DNA of 64,000 bases from Chrysomallon squamiferum. Taxonomy: Eukaryota; Animalia; Mollusca. The DNA is taken from NCBI GenBank assembly GCA_012295275.1, contig CM022673.1, positions 25,606,001-25,670,000 on the forward strand, given 5' to 3'. Position 1 is the stretch's first letter. The number at the start of each line of letters is the position of its first letter. This document shows positions 16,399 to 26,184 of this stretch, piece after piece. The notes under the pieces were generated by a model, which saw only the letters and a program-made list of their open reading frames with translations, searched no databases and had not been told where the DNA came from. The translations under genes and the position numbers were made by a program.

Positions 16399-18826
16399 TC
16401 AAGATTCAAATCTTCCTAAAAGATCTCCATCTCTGAAGAGAAAATATTCCTGAATAAAAAAATAAAAAATAAAAATATAACAAAAATGAAAAAGCAATCT
16501 ATACAAATTATCACAGAAAACCGAATATTAAACTAAAATTTTTTTTAAATGGGAAAATTAAATGTAAACGTACTGTTACCTGATCTTCAAGAACAACCTT
16601 TGTTCCTCCAAACTCTGGAAGAAGTACTTTGTCACCAACTTTTACACCAACAGGGATTACCTTCCCTTCCTGAAAAACAATTTACACAAATTAGTACTGT
16701 TCAAGGATAATTTTCAGCATGTCAGATTTAGATTAATGGAAATACAATAGGTCTTTGTCATCCTATTTTAATTAATAATGAAATATTTAAAAATCTACAG
16801 TAAAAAATAAAATAAAAAAACAAAAAAATCTTTCATAACTACTATTCTATTATCATAATTTATTATTCATGATTATAGGGTCATTCAAGTGAAATAACCT
16901 GTGTCATTATAAACATGTTTTTTTTTTTAAAGAGGATTAATTCGCACACAGTCATAATGACATTTGAAAATATTTCTTGAAGATGTCTAACACTGTACTT
17001 TTATTGTATAATTACATTATAAATGTATAAAAAAATTCATAAATCATAATTTAGCACATCAAGCTAATATGAAAGATAACTGAAAACCAAGTAAACTGTT
17101 TGTATGTCTGCTTACTTCAGTTCTGTGGCCTGATCCCACGGCAACTACAGTTGCCTGTAGCATTTTCCCTTGAGACTTCTCAGGCAACACAAGCCCACTT
17201 TTTGTTTTCAATTCAGGCTTGAATTTTTCAACCAAGACTCTGTCAAACATGGGTAAAAACTTCCTGAATGCTTGTGCCTAAAATTTGAATAAACAGAATA
17301 CATTTTATACACAATGGTATTTAGAAATAGCAAATTTCATTACCTATAAATTTCTTCTTTTGAGAAAAAAAGTACAGGGTGGAGATTTTTTTTTTTTTTT
17401 TTTTTTATGTGTGTAAAACTCAAATATGTTATTTTCATGTATCATTTTTATTGCATGAAAGGTTCTTTAAAAACTATGCTTTAAAATCATAAAAATAACC
17501 TAGACATTACCATGTCAAATCACTTTACTGATGAAATGTCAACCATTCCCATTTTCCAGAAATTTGATATATAGTACAATACCACTTGTCTTAAGAAAAG
17601 TTAACTCTTCTCTGCTGTTTTGACAAGTTATTCTAACATTGCTGTCAAAACTAGCAAATATTGTTAATATTACTGCTGAAAACATCACATAATTTGAAAT
17701 CTTTTTACCAACAAATATCGGCAAGTCACTCTTGCATGTAATGATGAGTCAATGGTGCAGATGCTAACAAAATGGTCCTGTACTTTGTTAAAGTCACAGG
17801 AATTCCATGAAGCTGACAACAACTGGGAACTATTAGAAGCAAATAGGTATTCTGCCATGTTCAACTATTCCTGATGTTGATGGCAGTATCATGCCACTGC
17901 ATAATTTACAGATTCTGTTACAGCATCTACATTGATATTATAGGGAGTCAAATCTTGCAACAGCTAAGTTGGTGCTGCATGTATGTCAAATTTAACTTCA
18001 AGAAACACTTTCCAAACTGTTTTGTTTTCTAATGTTGGCACTTGAGTTAATTCACAACTGAAAACAAAAATGCTGCATGGAGATTCCTTTCTGCAATTTG
18101 TTGATCATTTATAACTCTGAGAAAGGCTAATACTTGAATATATTATATAAAATATAGATACATTTTTGTGTCAAAATGCAACAAAAGAAATTAAGTGTGA
18201 TATTGCCAACTTCTTTTGTCCAGGTACTATTTTGATTTAACCTGTTATCATCTGAGGTACACATTTAACTTGGACATCCAACAGTGTTTTTTTTTTTGTA
18301 ATTATTCTGCAAATTATTTAGTGATTATTTACTATCTGAAACTGTCATAAAGAAATTAATTGTTCACGATTTTTAATTATTCTAGTTATTAACTAAGTCT
18401 TTAAATGTAATATAATATATGTGGCCACAAACAAATGTAATCCTGGAGCTAAACACTAAAAGTAGAACAGGACGGGAATACCGCGTGCTGTGAATACCTC
18501 TTAATCAGTTAATGTTTAAAATTTCTGTCCTTCCTTAATCATTTATATCCGATGTCATTGCTATTTAAGAACATTATAAAATATACCTAGTGATTAAATT
18601 ATAATTCAGATTCAAAAATACCTAACATTGCAATAATTAATACCATAAAATGATAAACAATAATGAATAAACAGCATCATCATGTCATTTCAAAGAATAA
18701 GGTCAATAACTGAACAAGCTACAAGACTTGTTTATTGATATTAAATTATAATGATCATGGCAGTAAATTGTTGCATCTTTTATTCTTCTAATTTTATGCT
18801 AAACCAAAATAAAAACTACCTACCAT
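16399..18826 (-). CDS. HSPE1: 10 kDa mitochondrial chaperonin (Hsp10), 101 aa
   Basis: Exons: ATG-only 18826-18824 (|GTAGGT), 17277-17116, 16669-16580, 16449-16399. Protein MAQAFRKFLPMFDRVLVE...KVGDKVLLPEFGGTKVVLEDQEYFLFRDGDLLGRFES*. Confidence 0.97.
17510..17973 (-). ncRNA. Candidate long (~465 nt) H/ACA-type RNA in Hsp10 intron 1
   Basis: 5' multibranched hairpin closed by ACCAAC/GTTGGT (17973-68 with 17712-07), GCAAG/CTTGC and a ~22-bp helix containing two G-U pairs that form only on the minus strand. Box H AAAAGA at 17705-17700. 3' hairpin CAAATTA/TGATTTG with internal GTTTTGACA/TGTCAAAAC. ACA at 17515-17513. Confidence 0.55.
18030..18276 (-). ncRNA. Candidate ~245-nt H/ACA-type RNA in Hsp10 intron 1
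   Basis: 5' hairpin TGTCCA/TGGACA, box H AAAAGA at 18217-18212, enlarged 3' hairpin closed by TGGCA/TGCCA (18208-04 with 18040-36) with internal stems, ACA at 18035-18033. Confidence 0.5.
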
Positions 18827-19188
18827 TTTGAAAATTATTTGACTACAACCTTTGCATCAGAATCGAAATTTCTAGACAAACACGTGGTAGCCAGCAAGCA
18901 TGCGTTTTGACCTTTATCAAGGGAGTAGTTATTTAATTTAATTAGTAAAACGCTATCGTCCATCCTTATAAAATAATTTTTTAAAACATGAAAGGAACAA
19001 CAAAATATCAGATGTTTTAATAATAATTAAATCAGAAGCTTCGAAATTATTATAAACGCTTATTTGCTAATACAGTGCAATTAGCTTAGTTAATAGTGAG
19101 AAATAGCTTCTCCCTTAACCATTCATAAAGTATCGGCGAAATTAGGAAGGACAGTGCTTCATCTAAAAGCAAATACTTAGTTTAACAG
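18827..19188. promoter_or_regulatory. Bidirectional Hsp10/Hsp60 promoter with heat-shock elements
   Basis: Head-to-head genes within ~360 bp. HSE-like cGAAatTTCtaGAc at 18864-18877 and aGAAgcTTCg at 19034-19043. E-box CACGTG at 18881-18886. Hsp60 non-coding exon 1 ends at 19188 (CAG|GTAATT). Confidence 0.8.
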
Positions 19189-19714
19189 GTAATTAATGTT
19201 TATTTTTTTGTGTTGTGTTTTTCATTAAATTAATTATATTTTCTGAAAATGCTTCCATTTTGCTCTCGTGCCATTCTTTTCCGCATTAAAATGGAACACT
19301 ATCAACATGCATGGAATAGCACGTGGACTTAGCTGTTGTGAACTTGCATTGTATTTTTGTAATGACCGTAGAATATAATACCTTTGTATCACATGTTTAT
19401 TATTTTCATGCAGTTTTTCAGATATTCATATTGCTTGTGAAATCTATTTTGTTCAGTGTTTTTAGAATAAGTTTACTGTCTGAGTGTTTCCTCCCATAAT
19501 GTCCATGACCAAGCATGTGAGACTCTACATCTTTAAGATGATCTTAATTTTTCTCGAATATAATTATTATATAAATATTAATACGAAAAAGCTTTGACAA
19601 AACAAGATGTTAGTCATTGTATGTGTCTGTGTGATATGCACTGTTTTTATGTTGGTTATATATTTATAATAACTTTTAATTGTTCATGTGACAAAATTGT
19701 TATTGACAGACAAA

Positions 19715-22700
19715 ATGCACCGACTACCACGAGTCCTTCACTCGAGTATAACCAAGAGACTATGTCCATTACTGGCTCGAGGTTATGCCAAAGATATTAA
19801 ATTTGGAGCTGATGCCCGTGCTGTAATGTTGCAGGGTGTAGACATCATAGCAGATGCTGTGTCTGTAACAATGGGGCCAAAGGTAAAACATCAATTTTCA
19901 CTGGTTCCATTAAACATGAATTGAATCTTTCAAAGTGAAGGAAAATCTGTTCATCAAAATATTGTAAAAAAAAAAAAAAAAATTAGAAAAGTGTTGAAAC
20001 TTTTACAAAACTTTTAATTTATAAGCTAGCTCATCTGATACATTAAAATTTTTAATTAAATTTCAGAAATAGTTTATCAGTCTGATCTCAAATGAAAACT
20101 GAACATTTTTTAAAAAGTGCTTTTCTGTTAAATCTAAAACATGTATGGTTACTTTCAGGGTAGAAATGTTATTATAGAACAAAGCTGGGGAAGTCCAAAG
20201 GTAACAAAAGATGGAGTGACGGTAGCAAAAGCTGTTGAATTGAAATGTAGATTCCAGAATGTTGGTGTTAAGTTAATCCAGGACGTTGCAAACAGCACCA
20301 ATGAAGAGGCTGGAGATGGCACAACAGCAGCAACAGTTTTGGCCAGATCCATAGCAAAAGAAGGGTTTGAGAAAATGAGCAAAGGCGCTAATCCTATTGA
20401 AATAAGAAAAGGTTAACATTTTATTTATTTTGTTAGATTCTATTTATCTATAGAATAACATGTGATAGCCTCATTTGTTTCTTGTCTGTATATAGTGTTA
20501 ACCATAAATCTGATTAGCTGGAAAATAATAAATACAACAAAAAAAAAATCTTTCAGGTTTCACTTTTATTCTTTGTAGATAGTTAAGTTTGTAACATGCA
20601 CTTGTTTCATCCCTTTTGACAAGAACTCTAAATGGAAGTAACAAGTATTAAGTATTACTTTATTGCTGTGATAGATTTAGAAAAAAAAACACAATAAAAA
20701 ATCCATGATACTGACTGGTTTGGAAAAACATTTAATTATACCAGGTGGAAGCAAAGTTTTGGAAGTTAGAAAATTTAACTTTTTCTGTTTAAAAAAAAAA
20801 TTAAAATGGTTATTAGATCACTATTTTGTTCTTCCCAGATTAAGTTTCAAAACTTTTAATTTTTTTTTTAGGTGTTATGATGGCTGTTGATACAGTTGTG
20901 AACAACTTGAAAAAGATGTCAAAAGCTGTAACAACACCTGAAGAAATAGCTCAGGTATGCTAAATATTTTTTTAATTCTAAATTAAATGAATATTGCTGA
21001 AAAAGTATATAACTTAAAGCAGCTGTGGTTTTTTTTGTTTTTGTTTTTGTTTGTTTTGTTTGCTTGTTTATTTCAATGTAAATAGTTATATTATTTTTGT
21101 GTGGATAACATGGACAAAATATTAAAAAAATAATTTTTTGCAGGTTGCCACAATTTCAGCAAATGGAGACCGATCAATAGGTGAACTTATTTCAAGTGCT
21201 ATGAAAAAGGTGGGAAGGGACGGAGTTATTACAGTAAAGGTAAGATTTTTCTTTTTAATTTTTATTTGCATTAAAAAAATCCTGCAACAGTATTTGCAGT
21301 CTTGGTTGAACATGAAACATTGGTTTATGGTGCAATATCAGCAATGTCTAATTATAGCAGAATAATCAATATTTTTTTTTTTTTTTTTTTGTGCATGTAT
21401 ATTCATGAATTCATTAACCAAGGTTTTGAAAACATAATCTGCTTTTGTTATTACATCATAATTATGGAGGTTTCATTTTTGTTTTTGTTTCAAGGACGGA
21501 AAGACATTAAAAGATGAACTTGAAACAATTGAAGGGTTGAAGTTTGACAGAGGATACATTTCTCCATACTTCATGAATACTGCAAAGGGTAAGATAAATT
21601 CTGATATTTGGAAGAACCTGATTTGAAATTGTTGGTCGTAAATTTTATTTAATTTATTTAGATGGGCACAAAGATACATTTTCAAATAAATGCAGTTTAG
21701 TTGAGAACACTTGTTTGCATGTATTTTGTTTTGAGGTTGAAATTCCACAAACAGCTTCTCCAGATAGTCAAGAAGGAACCCCCCAAAAATACATCAAAAG
21801 ATTTTAAGTCTTAGTAATTGTAAAATTCTTGCATACATAAAAATTAGAAGTTTATGCAAGTTTCATACATGATTTGGTGCATCCAGTGGGTTATTTCCCT
21901 TCCCTCCATGTGCTCTACATCAAATTTTGTCTGAAATTGTGGTTTATAAACTGCAACTTGTAAAATAGTCTCAGCTGTAAATAGAAACAGAATAGTGTAT
22001 TGCATGCCAGAAGTAAGATTCATTTACGATCCATAACAAAGTTTGAGCCACATAACTGTAAGTTATAAAATGTTTTTACAGCAAAGTTTTATAAGATTTC
22101 TTCCTGTTCTGTAATTTGTGATTTTTTAAAAATAATCTCCTGCAGGTGCTAAATGTGAATTCCAAGACGCTCTGGTTCTGTTGAGTGAGAAGAAGATCTC
22201 CACAGTTCAGCAGCTCATCCCAGCCCTGGAACTTGCCAACCAGGCTCGCAAACCCCTCGTCATCATTGCCGAAGATGTGGATGGAGAAGCTCTCAGTACT
22301 TTAGTGATCAACAGGTTTGTAGTTCAAAACTCCGAGTACACTTTAACACTAGTGTACATTGAGTTTACTATATTTAAAATCAACATTGTGATTAACTGGA
22401 GACAAATTGAGTTCAAAACTTATCAAATTTGTTTGTTATACTTTATAATTAAGTGACTGTTTTTTTACAGTAATCTCTTTACTTTGAATTTTTATATCTG
22501 GAAATGGGGGGTAGATTACACAGTGCTGTATCTTTGTCAGTAATTTTTTGGTTTAGACATGCTTTATTTATTGAGCCTGCAGATCAAAAGAAACGGGTTA
22601 AAAATCATTACAATGTTTGTGACCTAGTTTCAGTGGTAGCATGTTCTAAAGTTTCATATCTAGATACAATTACAATGCCAGGTCAGATTTTACATGTGAT

Positions 22701-25700
22701 GTGAATACACATGTTTTGCCAAGGTAAAATAAATACCAGAAATTTAAACATTTTTGTAAGGAATATACTTTTTCAGAGAACATTTTCAATAGTCTTTAAA
22801 TTAGCTGAAGTATTATTTCTGTCCAGTTACATTTGTATATTGTCAATCAAAATTCTTGAACAGTGGTTTACTGTATATGGATGCTAAAATTTTCTTCTAA
22901 ATTAATTTCTAAGCTGTGGTGATGAAGGAGTCTTCTATAGCTGTATACAAGGAATAATTAAAGGGTGTTTATATGTGCAAGAGGAAAATAAACTTTACAC
23001 AATTTTCTTTCTTTCTTTTTTTCAGAATTAAAGTTGGTCTGCAAGTTTGTGCTGTGAAAGCACCAGGTTTTGGTGACAACAGAAAAAATACGATACGTGA
23101 TATCGCCATAGCAACAGGTGGTGTGGTGAGTTTATTCAAATATGATGGTAACTTACCATTAAATAATGTTATATCATCTGAAAATTATCATATTAAGTTC
23201 AGACATTGAATGTCTAGCTTGTTTTGAATTATTTTAATACTTTAAATTTAAAAAAATATGTATATATAATTAAAACAACTGTGAAAATATCAAACAGAAA
23301 ACACAGATCCATGTTTCTTTCACAGTTCTCTTTGAATCTGCACTGACTGCCATAGAAACAAATTCATTCATTAATTTAAAAAAATATGTGTATATATATA
23401 CATATTTTTTTAAATTTAAAGTATTAAAATAATTCAAAACAAGCTAGTCATTCATATATATATATATATATATGCTAGATTATATTCAGAAATATATATT
23501 TTTTTATTATATAAGAATAACCATTTATTTCCTGTATGGTTGTATGGTTATTTTATGCCTAGAACCCTTCACAAATAATTTTTCAAGTTTCTGAAATGTC
23601 ATTTATCCTCTCTCGCACTCTACCATGCCTGGCTTGTAATGGTGACATTCTGGGACATATGAGTGCAATAGTAAAATCTTGCTTTCTTGCTGATGTTTTC
23701 ACAGAATGAAATCTTCAGCTCTCAGCCTGAAACAGATCAAACCTATTTCATTAAATGATTAGTTATGTTACCTTTACTGAAGTAATATTTAACAGTTACT
23801 CTGAACTGTTTTAATCATTTTTAATCATTATTTGGGTGCACATTCTCACTAGCTTAGAATACAAATAATCAGTTTTGAAGTCTGATTTAATATGTATGTG
23901 TCACAGGTGTTTGGAGATGAAGGAGACATGTACAAATTGGAAGATGTTCAGATGCAGGACTTTGGTGGTATTGGAGAAGTAATTGTCACCAAGGATGACA
24001 CTCTGATGATGAAGGTATACACACACAGTAACATGATGTAATAATCAAATAATTTGATACTAACAAGTTAAGTTTTTTGTTAACCCATCAATGTAGCTGA
24101 TTAGTCTTCATCATTTTTTTTTTTTTAAGAATCATTTAATCTGATTAAATGTAGCAATAAGATGATTCAAACTGTGAAAAAAAAAAATATGAATATTTCT
24201 AATAAACTAATAAACTGTTGTATTTAATTTTCTGGCATCTTGCAGTATTACATTAATTACAGTAAATTTAGCATTAACCAGTTTGGGTCAACAGGGGAAT
24301 TATTATTTTATTTTTTTTTTTTTTTAAATTAGTTTTTAATTGTTTCATTCGGAACAGGGTAAAGGTGATAAGAGTGAGATTGAGAAAAGAATAAATCAAA
24401 TAAAAGATGAAATCGAGCTTTCAACATCAGAGTACGAGAAGGAGAAATTCAGCGAAAGACTTGCCAAACTGTCAAATGGTGTTGCAGTTTTAAAGGTATT
24501 TTCATTTTCTACTTGAAGCTTTTGATCAGTATATGTCTAACCTTACTTAATATACAAAGTTATCCACCAAAATTTGAAAGAATAGATATCCCCTATTCAT
24601 TATTATCCTCAACTCTTGTAATTTCAGTAGTATTTTCTATTGATAGTTTATCACTTTAAGATATTAGGACATTTTGTTAATAGGAATGTTTCACTTAAGT
24701 TATACGGATGAAAATATGTTTGTGATGTTTCGTAAATTTTGTATACTGATAAACTATTAAGTGAAATTACTGCTGGATGAAAACAGTTTTGAAAAGAGGA
24801 TGTTTGAATGTGTTTCTAGGTTGGAGGCACAAGTGAGGTGGAGGTGAATGAGAAGAAGGACAGGATTAACGATGCACTAAACGCAACAAGGGCTGCAGTG
24901 GAGGAGGGTATTGTTCCTGGGGGAGGCACTGCTCTGCTCAGGTGTATTCCATCACTGGAGGAGATGAAGGCAGATAATTCAGACCAGGCAACTGGTGAGT
25001 TGGCAATAAATTTATTCTGAGAAAACATCGTTAAATTACTTGAGGTTTTTTTTGATTCCACAAGAAAGCAAAATGACAATTGTTAGCCTTAGTATTGTAA
25101 AAGCTGTTCCATAAGAAAACAGTGTTTGCAGATGCATTAAAAATATATATGAATTTTTGAAATTATTGTCTTAAATGAATGAAGTTTGTTTCTATGGCAG
25201 TCAGTGCAGATTCAAAGACTGCTGTGAAAGAAACATAGATCTGGGTTTTCTGTTTGATAGTTTCAGAGTCGTTTTAATTTGCAGGTATTGAATTGGTGAA
25301 AAAAGCTCTGCGAGTGCCTTGTTTAACAATTGCCCAGAATGCCGGTGTTGATGCCCATGTTGTTGTTGAGAAGGTTGTCAATGGCTCTGAAGATTACGGC
25401 TATGATGCCCTGAACAATGAATACACAAACCTGATAGAAAAAGGCATCATTGATCCAACAAAGGTAAGAGTAGCAGAAACAATTATTTTTAGTTTACCTT
25501 TTGAGAATGACTGAACAGGTTTCTAAAGAAAAGTAAAGTCTTAAATAGTTGATTTTGGGATGGTGGTTGTTTTTTTCCAACTACATTGAAAAGGTTTTCA
25601 GTATTCTGAAAACTCCTGTTTGTTTGTTTTGAAACTGTGTTTAACTGCCTAATAATAATATAAGCTGAAGATTATTATCAAAAATTCAAAAATCTGAAAT

Positions 25701-25767
25701 CTTTTATTGAGCAACTGATATGATACATTATAATTTTTGATATAACATTATTTCATCCAGAAAATTA

Positions 25768-25802
<35 letters not shown>

Positions 25803-26184
25803 ACAAACATACTGACTATCTGTATCATCTGTACATGAAATATGAATAGATGCCAGGTTTACTTAAATCCTGTTCTGAAGCTACCTCTCCTATTCCAAAA
25901 AAGCTTCTGCTTCCTGGCATTTTGAATATTTTGAATATTTTTAATTTTTTATTTATTTATTTAATTTTAAAATATACATTTGAATATCAACCAGTGTTAT
26001 TGTTGTTTTGTTTCAGGTTGTAAAAACTGCTTTAATGGATGCTGCTGGTGTTGCATCATTACTGACAACAGCTGAAACTGTTATCACCGAACTTCCAAAA
26101 GATGACAAGGCAGGACCTGATCTGGGAGGCATGGGAGGCATGGGTGGAATGGGGGGTATGGGAGGTATGGGAGGGATGATGTAA
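19715..26184 (+). CDS. HSPD1: 60 kDa mitochondrial chaperonin (Hsp60), 576 aa
   Basis: Coding exons 19715-19882, 20159-20411, 20872-20954, 21144-21239, 21495-21588, 22146-22314, 23026-23125, 23907-24014, 24358-24495, 24820-24994, 25285-25463, 26017-26184 (1731 nt). Arg-rich presequence ...RGY|[39 protein letters not shown]-terminal GGM repeats. Confidence 0.98.
21664..22055 (+). ncRNA. Candidate ~390-nt H/ACA-type RNA in Hsp60 intron 6
   Basis: 5' domain closed by GGGCACA/TGTGCTC (21664-70 with 21909-15) with two internal hairpins (21719-21794, 21828-21860). Box H ACATCA at 21917-22. 3' hairpin TGTGGTTT..AAAC/GTTTGAGCCACA (21938-22052). ACA at 22050-52. Confidence 0.6.
22467..22753 (+). ncRNA. 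Candidate H/ACA-type RNA (enlarged 3' domain) in Hsp60 intron 7
   Basis: Box H ACAGTA at 22467-72. Hairpin TTGAATTT..TCTGG/CCAGA.AATTTAA (22484-22747) with nested TGTATCT/AGATACA and TTTAGACATGCT/AGCATGTTCTAAA. ACA at 22748-50. The 5' hairpin (about 22320-22465) is weakly supported. Confidence 0.45.
23207..23454. repeat. 62-bp palindrome in Hsp60 intron 8 interrupted by an inverted ~107-nt copy of intron 11
   Basis: Arms 23207-23268 and 23393-23454 are reverse complements with 1 mismatch. Insert 23268-23374 is the reverse complement of 25171-25279 (~90% identity). AATTTAAAAAAATATG is duplicated on both sides of the insert. Confidence 0.9.
23615..23866 (+). ncRNA. Candidate ~250-nt H/ACA-type RNA in Hsp60 intron 8
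   Basis: 5' hairpin GCACTC/GAGTGC (23615-23666), box H ATAGTA at 23668-73, enlarged 3' domain with AATGAAAT/ATTTCATT and AAATGATTAG/TTAATCATTT, ACA at 23861-63. Confidence 0.5.
25075..25238 (+). ncRNA. Candidate canonical-size H/ACA snoRNA in Hsp60 intron 11
   Basis: 5' hairpin GACAAT/ATTGTC (25075-25170), box H AAATGA at 25173-78, 3' hairpin ATGGCAGTC/GACTGCTGT (two G-U pairs) and TTTCT/AGAA, ACA at 25233-35. Confidence 0.55.

Noticed and set aside
17510-17973. Telomerase RNA or U17/snR30 identity for the long Hsp10-intron RNA
   Set aside because: No CUAACCC template and no m1/m2 motifs visible, so it is kept only as an unassigned H/ACA-like candidate.
18604-18686. Minus-strand ATGATGA...CTGA resembling a C/D snoRNA
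   Set aside because: Very AT-rich, with no convincing terminal stem or recognisable rRNA-complementary guide. Plausibly chance.
26120-26181. 9-nt tandem repeats at the end of Hsp60
   Set aside because: This is the normal GGM tail of chaperonin 60.
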